The notes under the pieces: generated by a model
Told to the model about the DNA's origin: nothing
Databases searched by the model: none
The model's input: only the letters and a program-made list of their open reading frames with translations
Shown: positions 50,170-61,964 of the stretch, piece after piece
Position numbering within the stretch: the first letter of the stretch is position 1
Layout: every line of letters begins with the position of its first letter
Assembly: GCF_000315625.1 (NCBI RefSeq)
Contig: NW_005434656.1
Coordinates: 758,645-822,644, forward strand
DNA: 64,000 nucleotides
From: Guillardia theta CCMP2712
Taxonomy: Eukaryota > Protista > Cryptophyta
Reading direction: 5' to 3'
Program-made: the position numbers and the translations under genes

Positions 50170-51504
50170 ACCACGACGACAACAACACGTATCCTGTTCT
50201 CTCTCTTTTCTAAATCCCGGGGTTCCCGTTTCGCCTGATCCTTCTTGTCCCTCAGGATCCCCCATCTGGGGCAGAGAGCTCGGCACCTTCATCGCTGTTC
50301 TCTTCGCATGGGTGAGAGGCATGAGGGGAGGAGGAGCCTCCGCTCACAACGTTGGCAGGTTCTCGGCTTCGGAGCTACTCTGGCGGAACCAGCTCTTTTC
50401 ACCCTCGCGGTCACGGTGGACCGACTCTCTCGCGGGAAAATCACGCAGGTCACTTCCTCCCTGTCCTGCCTGCCTGCCTGCCTGCTTCCCGCCTCCATCT
50501 ACCTGTCCACTCCTGCCCTCCCTATCTTTATCTAGCCTTCCTTCTTCGAAGCTGTATCCTGCTCCATCCTTTGTTCCCATCAGTCTCAGCTCCCTCCTTC
50601 GCTTTCCTCCTGCCTGCTCTGCCTTCCGTAACCTCACTCCTCTCATTAGCGTCAAGTTGTGCTGTCCGTTGCTCTTGGTGTCGGGACAGGAACCGCGTTG
50701 GGTCTCCTCAAGATCGTCATCGGCTTCCCCCTGCTCCCCCTCCTACTCGTAGGCTACACCTTGGCGGTCATCCTGACAACTATGGCCGGGGAGATCCTTA
50801 TCTGTGTTGCCTGGGATTCAGCTGGGGTCACTACAGGGCCAGTCACGGTGAGAGGAGGCAGGAAGTAGCAGAGGAGCGATGAGCGAGAGGCGGCGGATGG
50901 AGCCAGAGGAGTGTGGGGAGAGGAGGGAGAGAGGAGGAGCGAGCGAGCTGATGATGTCCCAAGGTCCCTCTCGTCATCTCCCTTGGACTCGGCCTCGGCC
51001 GAGCGCTCAATGCAGCTGACGGGTGAGCTTGTGAGGGGGGCGGCTGCTTCTCGAGTCTTATCACCTCTTTCCTTCACTCTCGTCTCTCGCTCCTCCTCTT
51101 TCTCCCCCCTTCCCCCTATCATTCTCTCTCTTCGCTTCTGCAGGTTCGGGATCTTGTCGTTGGCTTCTGTTTGCCCGGTACGCCCCAGTATCTCACCTCC
51201 CCTAAACGCTCCCTCCCCTCCCACTTCCCACGTCGCCTCCTCGCTCTCTCTCTCCTGCTCCCCCCCCCCCTTTCTCTGTTCTTGAGTCTCTCCCGCTTTC
51301 ATCGTCCCTTGCCCCTCCCCGCTAGCTGCCTCCTCCTTCCCATCCTCTTCTCCATGAATCATGCTGCTTTAGATCATCTCCGTCCTCGCTGTTGGCATCA
51401 TCAAAGGAGACGGTCAAGCTGACCGCCGCCATGGCGACGTGGAAGCTCGAGGAGAGTACGAGCTCTCGCGAACAGATGCAGAGGAGGCAGGGGATGACGA
51501 CTGA
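47648..51504 (+). CDS. Polytopic membrane protein with two DUF1538 domains
   Basis: Domain 1: GLMPMGERIG..TLAEPAL..AWDLGAVTTGPVT/VPLVIALGLG..GFGVVTFASLIP. Domain 2: GATLAEPAL..AWDSAGVTTGPVT/VPLVISLGLG..GFGILSLASVCP. Confidence 0.9.
48462..48561. other. Assembly gap (100 N) inside an intron of the DUF1538 gene
   Basis: Run of n. Confidence 1.
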
Positions 51505-53109
51505 GGCGTCGTAGGAGTGACAGAGGGTGGAGCTGGGACAGACCTGGGGATGGGGAAGGAGCAAGCTGAAGGGAAATGGTTGAGGAATGTTGGAGGGAGG
51601 AGAGGTCGATGGGAGGGGAGGAGGGCGAGAGAGGATCGGGAGACAGGACGAGCTTCAATTAGCGCGTTCATGGGAAAAGGGGCTGACTCAAGCAGATCTC
51701 CTCAACCAGAGGATAATCACAATTACGCTTGTTGTCGTCAAAATCTCACTGCTGGCACAAGCCAGCATATATACTCATAAACACATTCAACGCTGCCGCA
51801 CTCGCTCCTCCCCATCCTCTGGCACAGCGAGCGAACACGCTGTAGGAGGATCGAGGGGAAGAGCTGAGTCGACTCCAATGTGATGCTGCTGCTGCTGCTG
51901 GTGCTGCTGCTGCTAAAGATAATGCATTGCACAGCTTATGCTACTTCAGCGGGTGAAGAACAGTACAGGAGATGTTTCTCAGTTCATTCAACGAGCATTT
52001 GGGTTTTAAAGCAAAAGAAAACTTGGGAACTCAAAACTCTCCTATCAACGGCACCAATGCTGCATCACAATCATCCAGCCCGGGTGAGCGCCTCGTAATC
52101 TTCCCCTTGCAATCTCCTGCTCTAACCCCCCCCCCCCCAACCCCTTCATCCTCCTCCGGGCCTCCCTCAATCAATAATAGTTGGTCCCGACATTCGCAGG
52201 CTTGCCCCACGTCGAGCCTCCAGGTGCACCTGCACGCGCCACGTAAGCGCATGACCGAAGCTCCTCCTCCCTCCCTCACCCCACGGGTTCTCCCAGTATG
52301 GCTCTAAGGTGGCGACTGCCGTCTTTTTTCCCTTCCATGTGTCCCTAGCAATGGTTGAGGATTACGGCGATGGCAGGAAGAGCAGGGTTGGGACTCGGAG
52401 AGATAGAGAAGAGGAGTGGAGGACGGTAGAGAGTGTGGAGAGGAGCATACGAAAAGCGGGAGAGGGCAAGCAGAAGGCGAGAGGGGTGGAGATTGCGGTC
52501 AGGGGGGGAGTAGACGAGGAGGATGAGGGAGTCTGACAACAGAGTCACTCACCATGATCTTCCCGATGCGTCGGCATTGCATCCGAGAACAACAGCCGGG
52601 CCCTCATTCGCAAAAGAGGTTCTGCATGACTTTGAAAGAGGCAGCGTATCAGTGGATCGTGCCAGCATCACCGGGTCTACTCTACCTGTCCGAGCTCGTT
52701 CACCTCATAGGGATCGGATCCAGTCAAGTTCCACAGGAGGGAGAAGACCATCTGTCTGCAAGGGCGTCTCAGCGTCTAAGAACTCAAAGGCAACTTGGCA
52801 GTGGACACACAACCATTTGTTATCACAAACTTGTTCAACCAGGACTCTCCATTCAGCATGCTATCCTTGACTCCGAACCATCTGCTCCTTGCTATCGTCC
52901 GGCAAACTTCCTGCTCCTGTGGGCGTTCCCTTGCTCGTCGCAGCTTCGCATCCTACCTTCTTCCCTTCCATTCCCTTCCTAGTCCCATACTAACCCCATC
53001 CCCTCCTGCCATGTTCTCTATTTCTGGGCATGATAACGTTCGTAACTGTCAAGACTAACAATACCCCAAACCGTCCAATAACCGTCAAAAGGTGGGGTAG
53101 GATCGCCCT

Positions 53110-53222
53110 TTTACTCAAAGTTAAGTAAAACTCAGTACCATGACGATCGGGAGAGTAGAGGAGGCTTGAGACCCCGGCGTACAAGCCGCTGAGCCATACG
53201 GCGAGAAGAGAAAAGACAGCGA
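53110..53222 (-). repeat. Dispersed repeat copy D with extended homology to 38700-38850
   Basis: TTACTCAAAGTTAAGTAAAACTCAGTACCATGACGAT..GAGGAGGCTTGA..ATACGGCGAGAAGAGA..AAAGACAGCGA. Confidence 0.8.
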
Positions 53223-54965
53223 GTATAATCCTTATGCTGGCGACTGCTGTCCTCCAAATTTAACTGATACTTGTTGTGTCATGTTAAACGATAGGGGTGG
53301 GGTAGGTATCACTGGCGATAGGGTGGGGTGTGTGGTGAGGGGACCGTGACCCCATCATGACCAAGGGAGTTGCAGTGAAAAATAGAAGCACTTTCAAGTT
53401 GAGAGAGCCATGGCCGGGGCCCGGACCGTGAACGATGGCACTGCAGTGGCACGGGGCCGGACAGGGTGGGGTGGAGCATTGTGGGCTAGGGTAGTGTGAT
53501 GGGGTAGGGTGCCGGGGGAAGTTCGGAAGGGGTTCTTTTCATTCAACTTAACAGACCCCAGTGGGCCACCGTGATTGCCAGTTGCTTGTGACACCGGTAC
53601 TTCAGTTATACACCTATAGGAGATTATCATGAGGGGTGGTACGGGTCAGGACTGACTCGCCGAGTTGCCGGGTGGGGTCCGTTCGGAGTATGTAGGGGTC
53701 ACTGAATTCGGTAGAACTGTCATGGGAGAATCCTGTGGTTTCACAGGGGTGGGGTCATATAGGAGTCGCAGGTACCCGGCAGGCTCGATCTACCGGGGGT
53801 CAGGGTCACGACCCCTGAATCAAGGCGCAGGCAGGATGAACCCCCCACCCACCCTCAAGTGGATGAGGGGGTGAAGTTGGGAATAACCGGGGGTTGTTGG
53901 CCCGCCACTCGTGTACCCTGAACTAGTTTAGCACCCTACCCACTAAGACCCTGAATCATCCACCCACCCCAGCCGGGGTGTTCATGCTGCCCACCCCCTC
54001 CCGGCTCAAAGTAGACGCCCTTGCTGGGCTCTAACTTTTAAGATCAGTATACCCCTTCTGCCAGTCTTCTCACCAGGCATGGACCGGGTACTTCCATGAA
54101 AGTCTACATCGAATACCCCATTTGTCCACCACCGGTAGGTCCTCAGTGTGGTCAAATTCTGGTGACCCCTCCCTCGATATTTTGACCACCAAAACTCTAC
54201 TTCGAAGGACCCCTAGGTGTTACTACCCCCACCCCCTAGAAGAAAGTGCAGGTGTGCAGCCCCCAGTCGATGCGGACAGCAGGGCGTGCGACGGAGGGAA
54301 CCGAGAGCACGGTGGAGTGGAGTGGAGAGGAGAGGAGAGGGCGGTGAAGGATACATTGATTGAGAATGCACGGGCACCGAACAGATGATGCGAGAGGATC
54401 AAGAAAGAACAGGATGGATGGATGGCAGTAAAGTGACTCAGGGATTATGAAATGGAATTATTTCAGGTTGTGAGAGAATCAGAGATAAAGATAGCTACGA
54501 TGAGGGCAAAAGAATGATACCAAGAGACAAATAGGAGGATCAAGGGGTTAGAAACGGGGTTGAGTCTCTGGCGGTGAATCTGATGCACTGGAAAGGCAGC
54601 CTTGGATGCTGCGAAGGCTACGGAAATGAGACGCTTCTTTTGAAGGTGCTCAAGTAGCATAGAAGTACCATGGTGGCAACCCACAGTTAGTGAGATAGAA
54701 TGAGAGCAGCAACGGTGATTTCTCTGAGTCCATGGGAAGAGTGCAGACATTCTTACTTCGCGATGTCATGGTTGTGTCCCTGTGCAATGCGATGCAGCAC
54801 TGTGCCTCCTCGCTCCATCAGCAGAGCAATGAATCATGACGAGTCCAACCAACACTTCTATCGCTGACGCATCTCCGTAGGTGACGTCACAACGACTTTG
54901 TATACAGCTGGTTTACAGGAGAACACTATCAGGGACAACTCACCCTCCTTCACCCGTCACACATC

Positions 54966-55894
54966 ATGAGTTCGAGTGATTTGAATGATTGTACGGCGAG
55001 GTTGGGCCCCAAGCTTCAGTTTGGAGCAGCAAAGCACAACTGGCAAGTGAGCGATGTGACCAAGACTGAAGTGCGAGGTAAGAATTACTTGAAGGATAAG
55101 CAAAAGATTCCATCAGCTGCTTCCGCTTTCAACTTGGTCAGCGTACACGGGTTTACATCAGCAGACAAGATAAGGTTTGCTACAAAGGATCAGAGGCTAC
55201 AGAAGTGGCCGCGTACATTGATCCCTGGGACGAATAGACCGAAGTTCATGTTCGTGATGCATTTCGATGTCGAGCCACAGCACCTGATCCTTGCGTTTGA
55301 ATTGAACGAGGAGGTCTTGGAGACAGACAAGCCATTTGCGAGGACCTGGAAGAGATTTTTAGAGGGCAATGATGCTTACAAGTCAGAAAGGGTGAAGTTG
55401 ATCACTTCGTTGGTTCAAGCAAACTGGGTGGTACGCAAAGCCGTGGGGAAGCCAGTGCCTGCAATCCTAGGAAACAAGCTGACAACTAGTTTCTATCAAA
55501 CTGACGATCTGCTGGAAGCCACCTGCGACGTCACATCATCAGTGTTTGCACGTGCGATCCTGAGCGTGATTCGAAGGGCTTGCAAGGACATTGTGTGTGA
55601 CCTGTTGATATGGATTGAGAGCAGAGAGGAGGACGAGCTTCCAGAGAGAATATTCGGGGGTGTGAGGTGTGCTCTGTATCATCCTGCAGTCTTGATGTGT
55701 TTGACGATAGCCCTTCCAGAATCATCAACATGGACATGGTGAGGTTTGATCCCATCGACAACAAATCCGTTGGACTCGAGGTAAACATTTTCATTCTGCA
55801 TCCTCCGTCCAGTGACCGAACTCCTGCGTAGCCGTCAAAGGACATCCCCCCCGACGAGGTGACAGCGATCTTAGAGCAGGAGAGTTCCAACTAG
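54966..55894 (+). CDS. EDR2 C-terminal (DUF1336) domain protein
   Basis: VRGKNYLKDKQKIPS, RFLEGNDAYKSERVKLI..WVVRKAVGKP..ILG, DVTSSVFA, IESREEDELPERIFGGVR. May have additional upstream exons. Confidence 0.9.
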
Positions 55895-56169
55895 AAGTGT
55901 TGCTGTGCTAGCAAGCATTTAACCTCCCCCTTGAGGGACAGCAAGTCGGGGAAGCAAGCGGAGTGCATCTGCTGTTGTTAAGGAATGGCCGGTGGGAGGC
56001 TGGGTGAGGGAGGATGGAAAGGAGCAAGGAGGAAGATCTGCTATACCTAGTTGTCACATCGACTTTATTAGAATCATTTCATCAATTCTTTATCCTCCTT
56101 CATGGCAATAGGTGTACTTGCCCCGCTCCGCGCCCATCGTCCCTCGTCTTTCCATTCCTCCTTGTCCAC

Positions 56170-57287
56170 TCACAGCGTCTGCGGAGGAACAGGACTGAGA
56201 GGAGGGCTTGCAATGTGCTTCCCGAAGGCCGCGCTCATGTCCACGGCTGCAGACAGCACCATCACTTACAGCACTTGAGAGAGAGAGAGTTCTCACCTTG
56301 CTTGTCGAGGGGGTCGTGCGACGGCGAGTCGAAGATGCAGTTGCTGGAGCCCATGAGATGGTCTGCATCCGTCTCGTCGATGCGCAAGTGCATGATCGAC
56401 TGGCCCGCGAGCTGGGCCTTGCGATGGTTCTTGAAGAGGAAGATCAAGCGGAGGATGCGGAGGAAGTCTCGGATCCTCAGCGCGACAAGGGGGACCCACT
56501 CTTGCACCCCGTTCATCGTGGAGGGCATGAGGATGAGGAAGGTGACGGTGAAGAGGCAAAGGAGAGCCACCGCCATGTCGAAGATGTTGGACTTGGAGCG
56601 GAAGAAGCTTGTCGGGCTGCCCTCGGCGATGTACCGGATCATCACCTCGTTGACCAGCATCGCCACCATGAAGAGCTCGAGCCCGATGAACCAGGTCGTG
56701 TGCGGCGACCGGTGCGGGTCCGCCAGAGTCACTACAAGCTCCACCACCGTCACCAGGATCATGAGGCCGTAGTAGAACTTGGCGATGGGAGAGTAGATGA
56801 GCTGGGATGCCGCTGACTTCCAGCGGTCAGCCGAGGTCATCCGGGAGGAGGAGACCCGCATGTAGCTGGGCCCGTCGTCTTGGAGGTAGAGCATGCCTCC
56901 CTCAAGATCTTTCATCGTCCCGTCCACCGCCTTGCTCAGGCCGCCGCTATAGCGCGCAGCCGTCGCGCCCCAGCTGGAGTCATGTCGGCGGTTCCTAGTG
57001 GCGCTCTCGGCTGGGAGGTCCTTCATCTCTGTGTGCTGCTCCTCCCCCTTGTCGAACCAATTCTGATTCAGAGACAGAATCTTGACCAGCGAGTCCTTCC
57101 ACGCCCTCACAGACGAGGAGGAGGTCACGTTGGCGTCCTCGCCCTCCGCCCTCTGCCAGTCGTCCCGTTCCACGGAGAACTCGAGGCTCGAGCTAGACTC
57201 GCTCAGCGGGGATCCCGGCACCTGGTCTCCTCCATCAGCAGCACTCGCGCACAGCCGAGACTCACCTGGAAGCTTCGCATCCTTCAT
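56170..57287 (-). CDS. Stand-alone voltage-sensor-like (S1-S4, Ion_trans-like) membrane protein without a pore domain
   Basis: Four TM helices: YGLMILVTVVELVV; LELFMVAMLVNEVMIR; FFRSKSNIFDMAV; LRIRDFLRILRL. These are followed by a short soluble tail and a stop. Confidence 0.8.
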
Positions 57288-58354
57288 TCCTCATATCATT
57301 ACCCTGTCACCTCCTGTGCTGGCAGCTACACAAGTCAGACGACCCAACGAGATCGCAGCAATCGACAAGACAACGGTCATCCTCATCTTCACAACAGCCT
57401 TACTTCTTGCTCCTTCCCTCGTACGTGCGCTGTCTGTCTGTTCCTTTCCTAGCTCATACCCTTGTGCTTGCACAGCAAGTCTCCTATGCTCCATGAGAAT
57501 GACCTTTCTTTTCACTGTTGTGGCGTTGTCCTTCATTTCCATTCCCAAAATTTCGTCTCCTCCTCCATTCTCTCCCTCCTCTTCCTCCCTCTTCCCTCGC
57601 GCTCTAGTCAGCCTCCCATCAGGCCTCCCCAGCTCTCCTCTTGTCTCCGCCTTTCCTCGATCCGCGCTTCTCTGCATGCATACCTTCCCTACCTCGTTCC
57701 CTTCCACGTCCTCCTCTCCTCCTCTCTTCTCCTTCCTCCTTCCTCCTTCCTCCTTCCTCTCCCCTTCCCTCCCCTCCTCTCCCTCCAGCACCCCCATCCC
57801 ACACCCCCCTGCCTGCATGACGGTGCATTTTAAAACCCCTTTTAAGGGCAAAAATGGAGGTGGAAGGAGAGATGCATGTGAGTGGAAGGGGTGGACGCGA
57901 GCATGCGGAGGGAAGAGGAGGAGGAGGAGGAGCGGGAGGGAGGAGGAGCGGGAGGGAGGGAGGAGCGGGAGAGGCAGGAACAGGAGCTTGAGAAAGAAAG
58001 AAACTAGCGGTTCCAAGGGATTGATGATGGCAGCGACCTCGTGTAATGTATCTTATGAATTTAAGTGTGTTCAATAAAGTTTGGCATGTATGCTGAATTA
58101 AGTTTTGTCATGTATGACTTGCAAGCCAAGAAGTATCTGGTGAAGCTTTTCGAACTTTCTGTGTACGAGTGCAGATTATGCAGCTGGTGCATTTCAAATG
58201 TTGTCCCATCTATCTCTTCATTTCATTCATACCCAGACATAAGTTGTAACGCTCTCAAGCATCCCACACGCCTGACCCAACAACAACAGGACAGCGGCAG
58301 CGCAAGTTCGCTATCTGCCCGAACCTCGACCTCGACTTAAACCCTGGCTTGTAT

Positions 58355-60391
58355 CTACTTCTTGACCTCAGCAGCAGCAGCCTCGGAGGCAAGCTTCAAG
58401 TGCTCAGCGGCCTGATTGTGAGCGAAAGCCTGGTTCTCAACCTCCATGGCCTGCAAGAGAGCGTGAGCAACAGAGGTCCGAAGAGACTATTTGCCTCACC
58501 TGCTCAGCATCACGGACGTACTTGGCCTTGTCCTGCCTGATCTTGGTGAGATCAGCAATGGCACTCTTGTAGTTCTGCACGGCGGACTTCTTGTCGACGT
58601 TCAACTCAGTCACAGTCTTGGCGGTGGCCTTCTCCCCAGTGGCAAGAGCAGCTTCATCCTGCTTGAGCTCCCTCTTGTCCTGCTTCAGCGAGTTCTGAGC
58701 GTTGTTCATCTCGTAGGCGAGCGCCCTCTCCTTCTGGACAGCAGCCTGCTCCAGGAGCGACCCTCTCTGGTACTGCTGGGAGAGGAACTCCAACTTGTTC
58801 AGAGCCTGCTTCCTCCTAGCGCTAGCCTGAGTCAAGTCGGATCCGAACATGCTCATGTACGACGCCGCCTCATCCGCCTCAGCCTCCAACAACTGAGCCG
58901 TCTGGACAGACTCGTCCGCCTGCTTTCTGTACATGTCAGCCTTGCTAGCTTGCTCCTTGGACTCCTGCGGCCGTATCAGCGAAGTTGCAGCAGATGGAGT
59001 AGAAGAGGACCTGAAGGAGAAGAGCAGCTTCCTGCTTGTTGCCCGAAGAGATTGCCTTGGCCTTGAGCTGCTGGGAAGCTCTCTCTGCCAACATCGCACC
59101 TGCATCGAGTCTGTCAGATGCCTTGAATCCAAACAGCATGATGATACCCATTCTGAGCTCCTGATCCTGCTGTCTGGCAAGGCGAGCCTTCTCACGAGAT
59201 TGCTCGATGCGAGCTCCGAAGAGCTTGTAGGCATTCTCAGACTTGGCCTACACCACACATGAGCTGGCGGAAACCTCATCTGAAACTCTCTCACCAAGAT
59301 CTCGTCGGAGGTGCGAAGCTCCTTCTTGGCTGGCTTCACCTCGTCGAGGGTCTTCTTGAGGGCCTGGCGGACCGCAAGGATGTCCTTGTGGAGCTTTGGG
59401 AGCGTGTTAACGAGCTTCTTCTCTCCCAAGTTCCTGGGTCCATGTGAGAATTCCGAGTGGGTGTCAAGAGATCTCTACATCTCTCTGGTGACGGCTGCGC
59501 GCTCCATGGTCCTGGGCCAGATGTAGGCGAGAGCCTGCCTCTGTGCCTGCAACTTGCGGCTGCTCATCCCGTCAGCTCGCAAGCACCCACAGCGCAAGGA
59601 CTAGTCACTTGAGCTGAGCAAGACGTTCGTCCAGCACGATCTGCTTGTTGCGAGCCTCGATGAACTCCTTGTCAAGGATGACTCCCGATTCGACCTGTCG
59701 AGCTGGTTAGGCGGGTTGCGATTACTACTCCTACAATAGTATCACCTTCTTCTGAGCAGCCAACTCCAAGCTCTTGAAGATACGAGCATCCTTCTTTGCC
59801 AAACGTTGCTGCAGTGAATTCAGAACGAAGTCGACACCATGTGTCATCTTGCGCAGTTACCTGAGCAGCAGCAGCGAGCATTTCCTGCCTTCCCTCATTC
59901 TTCACGGCGCTGTAAAAAGAATATTTAACGAGATCGAATCAGAGAGCAGACTACAAACCTCTTGTCCAACAACTCTGTTCTGTTTGATCCATACCCTGCA
60001 AGGAGCTGGAAACATGTCATCAGAACGTGTACAAGACCCGCTGAGTTTCTCAGAGGCATGCTATGCTATAGAAGCTGATGGGCAGCTTCACAATACTTCA
60101 AGCATACACAAGCGTGCCACTGACATAACAGGACAGCAGCGGCAAATTCAAGATTACGGCATATGCGGAGACATGCAAGGGAGATGGCAACTCCTCAACA
60201 AGACAATAGAGCAACAAAAGTGTTCATACGAAAGCAAAGGTTGAAGCATCCTCAAGGAGGAGAAGGAGATGAACATGAACAGCAAGCAGGAGGAGCATGG
60301 ATCTACATATTTCATTGCTGCATCGTATGCTCACCAGGGCCGCGCAGAGGATGGCGACGGCGCACGCTGGCAGCAAGAAGCGGAGAGCCAT
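58355..60391 (-). CDS. Secreted/anchored Ala/Lys/Gln-rich coiled-coil protein (hypothetical)
   Basis: MALRFLLPACAVAILCAAL start. Many short exons with heptad character (ESKEQASKADMYRKQADESVQTAQLLEAEA.., AAEHLKLASEAAAAEVKK*). Confidence 0.55.
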
Positions 60392-60689
60392 GGCGACAGC
60401 GAAGGGGCAGCGTCCAGTCAGAATTTGAAGGGGTGGGGTTCGAAACGAACGGGTAGGGGTAATCACCCCATGAGGAATTGGAAGCAAATGAGCTATCAAT
60501 TGGAGGGAGAAGTGTCTTAAAGGGTGGGTAGCCCATTGCAGGGGTATTTCTTCGAAAGGGTGGGGTACATTCGATTCGAAATGATTTCAATCTTTGTATT
60601 CTGCTGCAAATCGAATAAAATCTCGATTTTGGTTTGGTCGGTTTGTGAGGCCCTGAGGCGAGCTCGGCATTGCTAGAGGAACGGCCAAC

Positions 60690-61872
60690 ATGTCGCGACT
60701 CCTTCTGGCGGTGGCGATGGCTGGATGGGTAGGAGGAGGTCTGGGGATGAGGAGAGAGGAAGCGATAGAGAGGGAGGAGATGGTGATTCAAGCCGTCCGG
60801 CCAGGAAGGGAGGAGAGTCTGCAGGACATGAAGGCGAAGGTATATATGAAGATGCAGGGTATGGCCAGGGCAAAGTCCGCTGTGATGGCGAGGGAGGCGA
60901 AGAAACCGAGGCGCGAGCATGGATTGTCTTCAGCTCTTGAGTCCATGGAGCTGCTGATGAAGAAGTTTGTAGATGATAGGGACTCTTTCAGGAGGGACTC
61001 TTTCAGCAAGGGGACGTGGACCAAACGGCACAAGGGGCGCGATCGGCACCATGAGACGCTTCCTGGCCCTGAGTGGAGCTTCGTACCGGAGTACATAGGT
61101 TCTCTCCGACCAGGAGGAGGAGGGATCCATTGGACGGGGAACTGCTTCAACGAAACCTCCTCCGAGGTCAACATGGACCCCCTGCACAACGTAAAGGTCA
61201 CCGTTGAGATGCACTCCCCGGTAGCCATCTTCTGCGAGGACGCGTACTTCATCGCGACCCCCTTCCGGTACGACCTTGTGGATTTCCTTCTGCACGGCAA
61301 GTACGAGATCAACTGGGGAAAGATGGAGGGAGAGGAGCTGGAAGACATGACTGCCAACGGGGTACGGATCTTCCGACTACCGCAGTCCGTAGCGAGGACC
61401 ATTGTTGACACATGGGAGACGCTGCAGCTGTTTCTCGGCGCCTTGACGGGAGGACCTGGCGTTCCTCGCAGTGTAGCAGACAAGAACCTCAACTTTCTGA
61501 GCAAGTATGCCAACTACCAGATGCGACCGACTGCTAGCTTGGCGACCGTCGACCCATCGCGCATGCGCAGCGGCGACATGATCGGGGTTGTGCGCCTGGA
61601 CGGGCTGGACCCGCTGATCATGTGGGGGACGGGATCACATCTCGGACACACGGCGATCCTGATGAGAGGAGGCAACGGGAGCTTGTACGTGTGCGAGTCA
61701 CAGTCGAAGAGCAACTACTGGCCGAAGGACTCGATCCAGCGGACTGAGTGGTCGCAGTGGGTGGAGTGGGCGAAGAAGGCGAGCTACAACGTGGTGTGGA
61801 TGCCCCTGCGGGACGACGTGCGGGAGAAGTTCGACGAGGCGTCTGCGATGAAGGAGTTCGAGCAGCTGGAGG
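60690..61872 (+). CDS. Secreted permuted papain-like (NlpC/P60-related) protein, plant At1g70160-like family; 3' half not found
   Basis: Signal peptide; WTGNCF; SGDMIGVVRLDGLDPLIMWGTGSHLGHTAI..LYVCES..WSQW..VVWMPLRDDVREKFDEASA. The exon ends at a GT donor near 61872. Confidence 0.7.
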
Positions 61873-61964
61873 TCTGACGCGGGGGGAGAGAGGAGAGAGA
61901 GGAGGGGGAGATAGGATAAAGGAGAGAGGAGGGGGGGGGCGAGGAAATTTCAAAGCTGTCTTCA

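Noticed and set aside
52331-52982. RWP-RK-like hints (TMIFPMRR..FCMTLKEAAYQ)
   Set aside because: No LKxxCRxxGIxRWP core in any frame or plausible splice; may be an unrelated small gene
60430-60460. GGTTCGAA resembling a tRNA T-loop
   Set aside because: No cloverleaf or A-box; part of a GGGGT-rich block
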